From Podarcis gaigeae (taxonomy: Eukaryota), in NCBI GenBank assembly GCA_964106915.2, contig OZ066919.1: a stretch of 64,000 bases of DNA. The stretch is one strand, 5' to 3'. A program made the position numbers and the translations under genes. This document shows, piece after piece, positions 36,029 to 50,007 of this stretch. Each line of letters opens with the position of its first letter. Position 1 is the first letter of the stretch. The notes below the pieces were generated by a model. The model worked only from the letters and a program-made list of their open reading frames with translations. It ran no database searches and was not told the origin of the DNA.

Positions 36029-39000
36029 ATCCATAGTGATAATTTTATCCAGAGTAACCATATAGGGCTTGCATGAAGCTGCTTTTTTTATATAGAGTAA
36101 GTGCTTCCAAACATCCCAAAATGAATCCAGAGCAGTGCCCAAAATGGCCACTGTGCTCTCACAGGAAAAAAACAGGATGTCCCGGTTTTTCTAGGACAGT
36201 TGCAGGGGATGGACTAGTAATCTGATTTTTTAAGCCTATGTAACCTAGGCTACATGCACTCACACACTCCTCTGAATCCTCCAAGTAATCAAAAAGCATT
36301 ATCAGAATTCGTGGACTCATCCCAGTCAAGCAAAAACACTTCAGGTGTGAAGCAGGGTCAGTGAGGAGTGTGGTCTGGGGAGATTTCTGAGGGCCAGATA
36401 GAAAGGCCCAGAGGCCCCTGGCCTGAGGCCTGCCCCCTTCCCACTCTAGGAGAAGCAGGCAATATATGTGAGCAAGAGGAGTGTAGGGTGGCTGTGCTTC
36501 TTGAAAGGAATGAGAAGGAAAAAAGGAAAGGAAAAGGATGTTGTATCATAGCAAATAGTCATAGCTGTCAACTTTTCCCTTTTCTTGCGAGGAATCCTAT
36601 TCAGAATAATGAAATTTCCCTTTAAAAAAGGGAAACGTTGACAGCAATGTAAATAGTGCCTGCAGTGGAGGCAGGTTTCACCTCCAACAATTTATTAGAA
36701 AGGGAGCTGAGACCATTCACAGTTTCCTATGTAAGGTCTCTAAATAGTCTAATAGAAGTAATGATATTCTGTAACATAGTCTGCCGAGTTTGATCTGGCA
36801 AGCCAACCATAGGACTTCCTCGCCCAGCTTAGAACTGCCTTTTGTATTCAAACCCTTCAGCATCAGAAGAAGTCACGCCGCTAGTGCCAGAGGTACAGAG
36901 CATTCATTGTATTGGTCCATGTCAAACTGCTTGTTGTTGAAGAACAATTCTTTTACTGTACAGAAGGCCAGCAGTCTAGGGCCATGTAATGTAATAGCCA
37001 GTGCATGAGTGAAGGCAGTTGTGAAGATGAAGCTCCATGTAACACCTTGCAGCAACTTGTTCAACATATGTTGTAAGTTATCATCCTTTGCATTGCAAGG
37101 CCTTTTTATGAATGGAAGAAGCCTTCTCCTGTTGCCTGGATATATATTTTTTGCTTCTCTGTTGGCACAGGCTTCATAAAGGCAAGTCAGTGGTACTTAA
37201 ATATTGTAATGAGATGGAGAGATGGCAGAAGGTGGGGCTCAGCTTCAACACTCTCTTCCTATATTTGACACTAAACAGATTTTGCTTGTATGTTTTACGG
37301 CCAAACTAGATATGATGGCAGCTGCCCCATTTGCTTGTTCACATGTCTTTCCCATTCATGTATAAAGCAGAGAATGTCTAATTTGAACATTAAAGGCAAT
37401 GTGTAGGTAAGGGGAGCAGAATTACGACCACTGTCTTCTCCTTGCACTGTCTTGATTCCATGTAGTTAGTCCAGCATTTGTGTTCTTTTGTCTAAGTCTT
37501 CCTCATCTCTGGTATTAAATCTGGCAGGAGAAAAAGGAGGTTGATCAAAGGGCCAGAGGAGAAACGGTTTAGCTCTCCACACCAGTGCTCCTTTTTGATA
37601 TGACAGTTAGACACCCTTCCCACTCTATACATGTATGTGTGAGCAGGTTAGACGTGAAGTAGCAAATGTAAAATGGCCACATTTTATTTGGCCATAAGAC
37701 ATCAGTTCTATTGGGTTGACAGTCTTCTGAGTCTGATTCAAGAGGTGAGTAATCAACTGAAGCAAAATAGGAGTCAATCACCCCATGCAAGGTAAATTCT
37801 GTCATCCTCCCCCTTTCATCCTTGGACAAACCGTTACGTAAGCAGCAGCAGGGTTGTGACTCTAGGTGAGATGTTCACAATTCATAGAGGAAAACAGTGA
37901 TTTAAGAGAGTCAGTAAGGGTGTCTGACTGAAACACCCTGAAATTCCTTGTTTATGTAGACAGAGCTTGTTATCCCAGCATAATAATTGGTAAGTGTATC
38001 AGAAAATACATGGGGAATCACAGTGAAAAAATTGGCTGCTAGCCAAAACATGGGGGACTGTTGGCCCAAGGAAAGGCGACTTTGTTTAGCACCAGAGGAT
38101 ACTGCGAGAGTCATAACTAATTTGAATACTTCATTATGCGGGATTAATCTAATTTGCACATTAGCTTCAAGAATGGAGAACTGCAGCATGTTAGGTCTCT
38201 TACATTTAATTTACAGTATTTATATTCTGGGGAGATACCCTCAAAAACCTTGCTCTGTCTTTGAAATCATAACAAGCAAAAATAATTTGAGCTTCTTATT
38301 ACTGTTCCTCATAATTTTGAGCCTTTTCCTTATTTTGGCTTGATATATCATGAGGGCCAGAATCTTCAAAACTGAAACAAAATAGCCTAACAAACTAAGA
38401 AACCTTGGAGACCATGTGAGACCTAAAGTCTGCCAGTTTCTGCAATAGCCATCCTGTCCATTGTTATCTAAAATTGCATAGAATTGTGCATTTTACATTA
38501 CTTAGGAGTTCAGGGCTGTAACCACCCTGTGTTAAGTGCTATTTAATATTAACGATGCTGTGCTTTTCATTGATAGATTTCAGAGCATTTTGCTCTAGAA
38601 GTCAGCATCATTATCTACATTGTATAGAGGAGAGAAATCATGACACAGAAGAGCCATTCAGTAGGCTAGGCAGGAACTGGGATAAGCACTTATTTATACT
38701 GAGTTCAATCACCTACCTAGACTACAATGCTGTCATTAGAGCATCATTATGTAGCATAAAACTCAGGCCCAGATGTAAGTCTCATATCTGGATAAAACCT
38801 ATCCCTCTGATTGTTCCTTATATAGCCTCTTTGAATGCCTTCCAATCCCCCAAAGCTGGGGAAAGCATATCTGAAACATTCAGTGTAGGTCACTTTTCAG
38901 AGCCAGGGCACTGGATTAGTTTGACCACTGAGTTGATTTTATATGGCAGTTTGGATGCTGCCTTCTGGGAAATACCATGATCTGAGAGTCTGTCATACTA

Positions 39001-39966
39001 TATGTAGTATGAAGTGTGTCATATTCACTGTACTGTCTGTTATTGAACAAAGATGGTACTGTTCAGGGAATTCAGAAGGGATGTTGCCCAACAGTGGATA
39101 TGAGTCATTGTGTGGAAAGGACTAGCTAAACAATTTGGTTATATCCATGGACTAAAAACAAGCTGTACCTGATTTATTCAGATTTATTTAGTAAGAATAA
39201 GCAGCAGTCACTAATTATGAACACGTTGATTGACACGTTAATTCTTTTAGTTCTGCACGGGGAGAAATGCAGTCTCTAAAATAGTTTCATTTCAAATCCT
39301 AACAGTTCATAAAACTTCTATGTTTATGTATATTTTTGTGATCTGTGACATTGATGGTTTTATTTTATTGTTACTATGTCTTCCATTGCTTTTGTCCAAG
39401 GAGTCCAAAGCAGTGTTTTTTCCTCATGAAAATCCTGTGACATGGCTAGGCTTCACAATAGTGCCTAGGCCCAAGCTAAGCAACTTTTATTGTTTTATGA
39501 TGTTTTGAGCCTCAGGGTTTATCCACACTTCCTTTTGTCCCACTGCTTTCCCCCAGGGAAAACCCTTCTTTCGCACTCAGTCAGAGCAAACAGCAATTTC
39601 GGTTTTCTCTGGATTGATGTTTGCTCCAATTTAGCACTAAAGAGTGGGGAAAGGATTAGAGCAAAGGGAAAACCACTCAGATCTGTGCTTTTGAGGCACA
39701 GGACAAGCAGAGGTATGGATAGCAGTTTCCCACATCCAAGCACCAAATTGGGGGAGTTATTTACATTAAAGAAACTTGAGGGGAGGGGCAGAAAGAAAGA
39801 AATTCAACTGGATACAAACTCTTCCTGCTAGCTGTATTTGGTCATGTATTTCATGTCTTCAACCAAAGGACCTACCTTCACATAGAAATGCAACTTAGTG
39901 CTGTAGTCTTATATGCAACAGCATCACACCATAGCAGATTATCTTGTTCTTTTCTTTCTTTCCAAG

Positions 39967-40103
39967 AACCCTGCAGTGAGCACCTTGAGTCCTAGCCGTG
40001 GACCAGAGTCAGGAGGGACTATGGTGACCATCGCTGGCCATTTTCTGGGGGCTGGCAGCAGTGTATCGGTGTTGCTGGGTAACCAGACCTGCGAGTTTTA
40101 TGG
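39967..40103 (+). CDS. PLXNA2: Plexin-A2 coding exon (IPT/TIG), 137 bp
   Basis: Long pyrimidine tract then tccaag|AAC ... TATGG|gtaagg. Translates [45 protein letters not shown](G). Confidence 0.95.
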
Positions 40104-42751
40104 GTAAGGGAGCTGGTCCATGGATATCTGTGTGTGTTATTGTAATTGTGCTTCCATGGGCAGCGTTTCAGCTACTCCAGCTATAATATGCCCAATATCT
40201 TCTTAATCACCTTAAGCTACCCTGTCACTGACAATGAACATTGCATAGCAATGAGCCAGTTTAATGTTTATTCATTTTATCCATTGCTTTATTTTCATAT
40301 AGTAAAATCCTGCCCCTTCTGCAGATCCCAAGCATGTTCTGCTGTTGTAAAAATCCCTTTAAAGTATCTCCACCCCCCTCGTCTCATGAGTAAATGCAAT
40401 CCTGAAAGAACTATAGGCATCTCTTTCCACTTTGGTATCCTGATTGTAGATGTAGCAGAAGATTGGCAGTTGCCACAATGGTGGGGAAAGTTCTAATTGA
40501 CAGAGACTAAGGATAAAGTGTTACTCTTTTCTTATTGAAACTTGAGCTGTCACCAACAAATACCTGTTTTTATTTCTGGGATGAATTCCATATTTCACCA
40601 CTTTTACTCTATGGAAAAATGCATACTATATTATTTGTCATTTTAAAAATATACAGTACATTGATAGATACACCCTGATTTATGCACCATTCATATGAGC
40701 TACAGTGATCATCAATAAGCATCTGTTGACATATGCCTTTCTACATTGTAGTACTAGTGTAGCTTTTTATCAACTGTTCCAAAGATTTCATAATATGAAA
40801 AACATTCTTTCCAGGCTTCATGATGAGCTATGGAATTTGGGAGGCTCTTATGCTCAATGGCACTCCATCCCCACCTCAAATGTCCTAGGATGGGGGACAT
40901 GTCATATGTTCACAGTAAAAGTGCTCTCGGGGCCTAGTCTGAAGTCATATGGTGCTGCAGCTCAGTGGAGCAGCATGTGTGTGGCACACAAATGGCCCCA
41001 GATTCAGTCCCTGGTATCTCCAGGCAGGGCTGGCAAAACACTAGACAGGGACTGCCAGTCAGTACTTGTGCACAGCGCCTTGAGTTCCGTGATGGAAGAA
41101 ATGTAGGATATAAATGTAACTGCAGTAAAAGTGATAAAATAGTTGCTCAGAGGAGTAGGAAATGTATGTGCATTGTTCAAGAAGGGATGTGGAAAGCTAG
41201 GTTCCACCTTTTGGTCTATTTTCCCCACTTGTTTGTAAGATAGAAGGAACTCGGTGAGATGAGGAAGTACAATGTCACTTGCCTGTTCTGCTTTCTCCTT
41301 TCACCTGCTATAAAACCAGCTTTTCCCAAGCTGTGCTATGGAGGCATAATATATGGGAATTGCTGCTTTCTGCAGCCTCCTTTCTGCAGCTGAGCACCCA
41401 TTTTATGCCTGGACTGGGAAGCAGTAGATTAGGGACAGCATGTTAATGAGTGAGTAGGATTTAATGGACTTAGTATTTCCTCATCTCATTCAATAAAGGG
41501 TTCATTTATACCTTTGGAACAGATAAAAAGGAAAACAGAATATGCTTAGTTAAACTTTACCACCTATTTCATTTCATATCTGTAGATGAGATTTCTTCTT
41601 CACAGCTTTTGGTTCTCCGATGTCTTTTTAAGTCTTGACTTGCGTAGAAGCTTTCTTGGAAACTAGTGCTGGGACGTAGCCAATGCTTTTTTCCTAGAAA
41701 AATAGGTGCCAGAACTCACCATGAAGTTGTTGCAGTAAGTGCCACACTTTTTAACAACAAAAAAAAGAGGTGCCGGTACCTCATGCCCTTGAGTACTCCT
41801 TGGGGGGCTCCACTTTTGTAACAAGAAGTAGAAGGGATACGTTCTTTTAATTTTCTGGCCATCCAGGGCTCTGGAATTCTAAATGTCCCGTTCGAACAGC
41901 TTAAGGTTTCAAGGGCATAGCTACCAGTAAGCCTTTACAACTCTGCTAGAGGGAATAGTTTTCCTGGTAATCAAAATTATTATTTTATAATGGTCTGTAG
42001 GTAGAATTTTTGTAGAATATTTTATTTCAGTGTGCTGTTCAAGTCTGGCTTCCAAGGCCAGACTTGGTCCAGCATAATAATCCATATAAATAAATGGTTA
42101 TATTTAGGCATTGCTCCTAATTCACTGATCTAATTACTCCATATAACCTGTAAACTAACACTGCTGAGAATCCAGCAGTATGCTGTTTACTCCAGCCTTT
42201 CCATACAAGGTCATAACATGGCCTGTTTCTTCCCACCCCCTTCTCTCTTTTTTATTGCACGGTTTGTAGGTGATGAACTTGGCATGTACTCATGATGTGC
42301 AGGGAGACTGATTAGATGAAGCAGTTTCTAATGAGATTCACTATAATTACAGCTTCCCTCTATTCTCCTGCCTCTGATCGGAGGAGTGGGGAGATTCACC
42401 ATGACGACATGGTAATAGCGCAGAAAGCTAATTAACTGATCACAGGGAGCTTGCAGTAATTCTTTGCCAGCAGTGATGTGTCGCTTTGGATCTCACACAA
42501 GGGCTAAGCAGGCTTCTCTGAAGTCTGGTCTCTAGCATGCTAAAATGCCTGTACTCACATGAGGCCACTGGTGGCAGGGAATAGCTAGGACATGACAGAG
42601 AATAGCTAGGAATCATTCAGCTCTAAGCAGAGTTGACTTTTTCTGAAGCCCAAGATAAATAATTGTAGCTGTTTCTGTAACTCTACTTAGTCTTCCTTTT
42701 TTACTTTGCATCTTCCATTCCTTCTCTCTCTTTTGTTACCCTTTCTTCCTC

Positions 42752-42955
42752 NNNNNNNNNNNNNNNNNNNNNNNNNNNNNNNNNNNNNNNNNNNNNNNNN
42801 NNNNNNNNNNNNNNNNNNNNNNNNNNNNNNNNNNNNNNNNNNNNNNNNNNNNNNNNNNNNNNNNNNNNNNNNNNNNNNNNNNNNNNNNNNNNNNNNNNNN
42901 NNNNNNNNNNNNNNNNNNNNNNNNNNNNNNNNNNNNNNNNNNNNNNNNNNNNNNN
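42752..42955. other. Assembly gap (204 N)
   Basis: Run of N, preceded by pyrimidine-rich low-complexity sequence. Confidence 1.
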
Positions 42956-43454
42956 CCAACACATCACCAGAGGCTCTTAACTGCACATTAGAGATCTTTA
43001 CTCAATAGCAGTAGGATTCAATAATTCAGAAGCCAGGCTAGAAACTTAGAACTGAGCAGAAACAACAAAGATGTCCCAACAAGTCCTCACACCCCTCCTG
43101 TCAAGTTTTTATAGACGAGGTGTGGCAAGGTTACTCATAAGACTCTTTTGCCTTGCAAGAATGCATTCTGTCTGGGCGAGTGAATCTGTTCCCATCAGTT
43201 GAAGTAGTGCACAGTGCTTGGCAAGAGAAATGCACTCATTCTTCTGACTCCTATTCAGTCCCTGCCACCTCTGGCTCAGCCATCCCTAATGGGTTGTTCC
43301 TCATGAGGCTCTACACTCAGCAGAAGAGGTGGAAATGGGAGAACCTGCATCCTCTATACCCGGTCCCCATAATTCCCCCACTTCTGTCGCCTCCTCCTCA
43401 GTCTGAGACTGCCAAGCCATGGCCTGTCCCAACAGGGATGTGGGGCTCATGATA

Positions 43455-43818
43455 AAGGTAAAGGTAAAGGTACCCCTGCCCGTACGGGCCAGTCTTGACA
43501 GACTCTGGGGTTGTGCGCCCATCTCACTCAAGAGGCCAGGGGCCAGCGCTGTCCGGAGACACTTCCGGGTCACGTGGCCAGCGTGACAAAGCTGCATCTG
43601 GCGAGCCAGAGCCGCACACGGAAACGCCGTTTACCTTCCCGCTGGTAAGCGGTCCCTATTTATCTACTTGCACCCGGAGGTGCTTTCGAACTGCTAGGTT
43701 GGCAGGCGCTGGGACCGAGCAGCGGGAGCGCACCCCGCCGCAGGGATTCGAACCACCGACCTTTCGATCGGCAAGTCCTAGGCGCTGAGGCTTTAACCCA
43801 CAGCGCCACCTGCGTCCC
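43455..43818 (-). mobile_element. Young full-length Sauria SINE (subfamily B)
   Basis: Reverse complement of the 33238 copy with about 4 differences; 13-bp TSD ggggctcatgata at 43442-43454 and 43822-43834. Confidence 0.93.
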
Positions 43819-45550
43819 TTCGGGGCTCATGATACACACATATAAATTTGAGTTGTATGATCTTTAAAACAGAATGCTTACTGGCTGTTGGAAGAGGAGG
43901 CATGAGAAAACATTGGACATTTTTGCATTGGAAGGGGAGAGTTTGGCTTACTTAACTTAAAAATGAGGTGGTAATATTTCTTCCTCTTGCTTTTTTTAAG
44001 TCTGAAAAGTCTTATGTAGCTGCTCCTATCTCATTTCCTGGCTTGAGGCTGACCAGAATGCCCCATGGTAGGATAAGGAAGTCCTGTCACATCACACACT
44101 TGCTGCTGTCACCACCTCACTTTTAAGTAAAGTAAGCCAAGCTCCGCCTCATGAGATTTCTCCTATCCATCCCAGTTTTTGAGAGCAGGTTCTTTTCAAC
44201 CTCCCTCTTTCCAAATTGCCCCCCCCCCCCAAGTTGGGCTGAAACTATTGATCCATCTCCAACATGACCTATGTTTTTATCACTGCAGTCTAACTTGAAT
44301 CTCATACCTTGTACTGAATCTTCCTGCTGCTTTTGTGTGCCAACATCACACTTGACCCAAGCAGTATTACTATTAATATATTATGGTTAATCATGTCTAT
44401 TACAGCTTTTCTTAAGAAGGCCAAGAACCTTCAGAATTCTAATTGTATGATTGCACATTTACACATCAGCATTGTATTTCTGGGGCATATACTCACTGTG
44501 GCATGCGATTCTTCTGATTTAACTATCTCTTTTCCTGACATTTGCTAGCTCAGAATCACTCCTCTCTCCTAGCTGCTTTCCCATCCTTAGGGGAAATGTA
44601 TAGGTTCTCCATATCTTTTGCTGGGGCTGATTTTGAGCAGACTAAGAGCAGAAAGTGGTCACTTCTAGACAACCTGTTTAATGAGTTTTTCGCCTGATTT
44701 GTTCATGGAAAGATTAGGCAACATAGGCTATTTAATTCATCTTGATTTGTTTGCAGGCAGATTAGATGATGTGGCATCAAGCAAGTGCTATCCCACACTT
44801 GCCTGTTCATTGTCCCATCACTTTTCTTATCATTAAAAGTTCAATCTTTTTGAGGAAGCAGGTTTGTTTTGCAACAGCTCGAAATCAGCTTTAATTGCAC
44901 AGCCTGGAATTTGTCAGGATGTGATTGACTCCCACCTAAATATAGTGACAATCTGGAAGCGTCCTTAATTAACCCTTCCCTGCCCATTTCTTTTCTCAAA
45001 CCTACACCCATCGAAGGCTGTTTCCGTTGAGAAACAAACTGTCAGGAGTACAGAGGCATGCAAACCTTCCTTCCCCAGCTTCTTTCACACACATAAACAT
45101 TAGTCAGCCTTTTGCCTGACCTCCATGAAAAAAGGTTTTCACACAAACGTGTTTTTAATCCAGCAAGGACCCACATGCAACCTGACGCTGAATAGATAGG
45201 ACTCTACCACATGCTTGGAACACTTGAAACACCACAGCAAATTTAAAACTATGAGCAAGTTCCAGTCTTAATATTACAACGAGTTGTGTCAGTTGAATGC
45301 AAAAAGTTGTAATGCCTTCAGTTGGATAGGCCTTGTACTGTGGCATTATTTGTCTTGTGCCTTCAGGTAGCTACCATATCTGTTAGGTAGGCACTACATC
45401 TCTCTACAAAGGTTGTCACCCATTTGTTTTTGGTAGAGTGAGCCCAATGAATTCATTTTATCTGTGGGTTATCCTGAGTGCTTGTTGTTAGCTGCTCCTT
45501 GATTGCCTTCCTATTTGTTAAAGGTTCCACTTCTCTCTTCTCTTTTACAG

Positions 45551-45718
45551 GAGGTCCATAAACGAAATTGTGTGTGTGTCGGCACCTTCCACTCATGGCC
45601 TTGGCTCTGTCCATGTCTCAGTCAGTGTGGACCGGGCCCAGTTAGAGAGCATGTTGCAGTTTGAGTACATTGATGACCCCAGAGTTCAACGTATTGATCC
45701 AGAGTGGAGCATTGCCAG
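45551..45718 (+). CDS. PLXNA2: Plexin-A2 coding exon (IPT/TIG), 168 bp
   Basis: ttttacag|G ... GCCAG|gtaact. Translates [55 protein letters not shown](S). Not in the ORF track. Confidence 0.95.
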
Positions 45719-45853
45719 GTAACTGGAGTCTTTTAACAGCAGGAGCACCAGGAGAGCAAATGGTTAGAATTAGGACATGGCTAATCCCCCAGCTTCCCAA
45801 CAGTGGTGAAAGTTATCAAAGCTGGTTGTAGTTTTGGAAGGATTGCTTCAAAG

Positions 45854-46159
45854 CAGAGCCGTCTTTCCTATTGGGCTTACTGGCGCATTGCGCCAGGGCG
45901 CTGGCCCCTCAGGGGTGCCCCAGTGAGTGGGGGAGCTGTGCAGCTTTGCTGGCAGCCTCCCCCTTTCCCTGCACACCCGGCAGCTGTGCCCCATGAACCA
46001 TATGGCTGGTGGGCGTGCAGCTTCCTTCCCAAGCCACCGCGGGAGGAGAGCAATCCCTGCAGAGGCTTGGGAAAAGTTCAACAACTCTGGGAAATGGAGG
46101 GGGGAGAGCACCGGAGGGATCTTTGCACCACGGTGCCGGATATGCTTAAGATGGCCCTG
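45854..46159. mobile_element. GC-rich hAT-type non-autonomous element
   Basis: TIRs cagagccgtctt and aagatggccctg; degenerate 8-bp TSD cttcaaag/gtccaaag. Confidence 0.65.
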
Positions 46160-49100
46160 GTCCAAAGCCACAGTTTTTGCAAGGACTGCAATGTTTTGGG
46201 ATTCAGTGGGGCTTCAAGTGAGTCAAAATGTATTGAAATGTCTCCTTTTGGATCATGCTTCAGTTCTATGAGAATTCAACCATTCTGTGAGGAAGGTTCT
46301 CAGTGAGAGAGTTGTCCAACCTCATGTAGCAGTTAAAAAACAGAGATGATTGTGCGGTAAAATGAATCAGATTATGTTTCATGTGACAATACCATTTTGA
46401 TACCTTGCTTTAGGTGTGTAATTGGGACTTGAAATAGGTTGAAATTGCAGATTCACTCTGGTATCCTGGGGTATCATAGTTCAAAGTAGCATACTTGGCT
46501 ACACAGCTGATAACAGGCATAGTATGGGTGATGAGCAGTGATCCTCTCAGTCTTGGTGCTAGCGCTTTCATCAGATTGTGCCTCTGGCTAGGCTATTGCC
46601 TGTTCCAATCCCAAAAAGAACAAATAAAACAAATATTAGGTGTGGAGGAGTGGGAAAGAATTGTCATTATATTGGCTTCTTCTCTAGAGCAGATATAAAA
46701 GGCACACATAATACTTGTCTTCACAAATGTCTTTAATAAAAGGGATAGATATTAGTAATCTTAAAATAATTTTTTTGCAAAACCCATTAAGCATCTTTAG
46801 TATCTGCTGAAAGTGTTTCATCGTTTGAAAACAATTGAAACAGTTGCTCATAATTGCTATACTGAAATAATAATGGGGGGGATGGTTGTTTTGTTTTTAA
46901 TTCATTCCAAGTTCCTCTCTAAATGCCTCTTTCTATAAACTAAGAAGGGGAAAATCTGATTGAATTAGTTTCTTGTTGAAGATACCTCTTTGCAGATGCA
47001 AATTCTATAAATATATTTTATAGACATGACAGTGCAAGAGTCCATTCAACTTGTATTGTGTTTTTTTTAAGTACAGCAAAAGTTTTAAGGAATTATGAAA
47101 GCCTGAACTGTGTGTCACTTTCTGCAGATTCTCCCGCTTCCTATCCCTCTCAGCCCTTGGAAACTTATTAGTAATGACTCTAGAATCAACACTAACTTTA
47201 AAAACACTAATTTAAAAGCACACAGAGCAAAGAAAACATGGTCTATGACTCAGTTCAGCAAAGCCAAATCCCTTATGTGAAGAAAAAGGACTATTATCTA
47301 TAATTCCCTTCCCTTCCATTGCTTTGCTCGCTATTGTCAACACCCAGCTTCTCAGGCTCCTTGGGGATTTATTCCACCTGTGTAAATACTGCAGATTTAT
47401 GGATGAGGTCTGATCTTCCAAGAAGCTTGGGACATCCATTCTTGTGGATTTTCTGGACTCAAATGACCTGGGCATATTGATGAATTAGGCCCCTCAGAGC
47501 AGTGCACTATGATTGCTGGGCCTCTGAACAGTAGTTCTGTATAAATTAGCTTCCTATGTTCCTACGTAGTTGCAGAAGCTCAGAAGTCTCTCTGGTGGTG
47601 GGGGGTGGGGGATCCCACTCCATTCCTGTTCAACATAATGCAAAAGTACAAACTATCTGGAATAGTATGTTTCCCATCCACAGACCTGCATTCATCATTG
47701 CTAGGCAGTTAGAACATCCCTGTTCCCTGAGTTGGAAAATAAGAGTTATTAACTCAATTGTAATTACTGAGGCAATTACAACCATGGCAATCTGTGACGA
47801 GATTCTGGGAGAGCAAATGGAGCCCCGTGATCGCTCCCATCTGCTGGAGAAGTGCACAATTACTCATTAAGGCCTCCTTCTTAAGAGCACCAGAGAGTCA
47901 GGATTTTTTAAAAAAAGCTGATCAAAACATACCAGTTGCCTAAAGATTCACAGCTACACATTCCAGGAGCACTCTAAAGTGCAGGAGCTGATAGACCACT
48001 GTCTAAAATGCTGGGTCAGTTTCTTCACTGCTGTAACTTTTTTTAGCTTTTGTAGAGCTGCACGCAAAGGATGAAATGTTTATACACTAGTTTCACACTG
48101 AAAACAAAACTGGACATCTGGGGAGATGGAAATGTTCCCTACATAAATGAGCAGAAGTGAAATCTTAAGAGGAGATTCTGCCTTGACTCCAGACATCACT
48201 GGGAACATTGTGTACGTCATCCTGGGGGGGGGGGCGGGAATCAGTATGAAAACTTTTTAAAACTTCTAGCACCTTAGGGAAACTAGTTCTGTGCACTCAG
48301 TGGCACAGGGACTGTGCTTGAAGATATGTGGTCTTACTTACACATATACACAGCCTGAGCATTGGATGGAGGGGCTTAGAGCATTTCACCCCATAATATA
48401 TTGCTTCTCTATTAGTCACAGCTTTCAATCCAGCACAGAGCAAGACATGTCTCTATCATCAGCTCTTGTGGCATCTCCCCTCCAGCTTCCAACTCACTCA
48501 ACACAGCAACTTTCCAGCCCAGCCCCATTTTTTTGCCCTTTTGGTTGTTTCTCACCTAGATGCAGCTGTTGCAACCCAGCTCATTGCTTTGAAAAGCTCA
48601 TCAGGGCAGGGTACTAAAGTGGCCAACTGGTCTTCATCTTCAAAGAAACTTGCCTGACCAGTTCCCCAACCTCCTCTAACCTCATAAGAATACTTTAATG
48701 AACCTCCCTAGATCATGTCAAACTTTGGCTTTTTGGATGTAGGGAAGACAAAATAAAGACTTGGCTAGTAGTGGCCAACCTTCTCATCAGCCTAAGGCCA
48801 GAAATAGAGTGAAGGGAGGGAGAAGAATTTGAGTGACTGGCGCTGAGCAGATCTCTGGTACACTATAAATTCATTGCAGGAGAAACTGAAGATAACATTT
48901 ATTGCACAGAAGTGATTCAGTAGACTGCCAAGTCATAGACTCAGACTGGGCTAAGTGTGATTGTGAAGGCACTCATAAGTTGCGTAGGAATTTTGAGGGG
49001 CTGGTTTTCTCAAATACAGCAGGGCTGTTGTCAAAGAAGCTCTGCATAAGGTCAGTGTTTATAGCAGGCTGGATTGGCTGTGGGTCTTTTTTTAACTTCT

Positions 49101-49698
49101 AATGTGGAACAACCATAATTCCCCACTCCTCCCTGACATCTCTGCTACGGCGGAGGTTAAAAAGAAATTTACTGGTTGATTTTCAAATGATCTGAGCTGT
49201 GCTAAGCTGTGCTGAGTGTTTCAGCTGAGGAAATGGTCTCAAGTTCCTTGATGAGCAGCTTTGCTGTCACTTGCTTTGGCCATCATAGTCCTCTTTTCAC
49301 TTATTTGACAACCGTTTCTTCCATGTAAATTCTTGCCCTGTGTGTAATAATTCTGCTGGGAATTACAGAGGAAGGAAGGCTAGCAAAACAGCAACTTGTT
49401 CACTGCAAGAGCTATATAATATGACACTTCTCTTTCTTCGGAGCATGCATCACTGTATAAAGCATTAAGCACTCTAACAAATTCATTGTTGTTATTTACT
49501 TAGTCCTGGATCTTTATATTTTTCCTCCTGCCAACCCTAAGAAATGTTACGGGGAGAGGTGACTGCCCACTAGGGGGACAGATGATACTAGAAAATCCAA
49601 TTAACTTGTAAGACAGCTCTAGCCAGAGTCAGGGTGATGGTATATTAATCCGGTTTGTCACCTAGTTCCTATACAGCCTGGAGAAAACATATTGCTGA

Positions 49699-50007
<309 letters not shown>

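Noticed and set aside
42687-43008. ORFs across the N run, or a hidden exon in the gap
   Set aside because: The ORFs are gap artefacts. The flanking exons join in phase (GG|G, giving FYGRS), so no coding exon is missing.
33268-43788. Duplicated 97-aa protein gene (33268-33561 and 43495-43788)
   Set aside because: These are antisense frames of two Sauria SINE copies.
45803-46306. 167-aa ORF as a nested gene
   Set aside because: It overlaps a GC-rich hAT-type element, where stop codons are scarce in several frames; no domain is recognisable.
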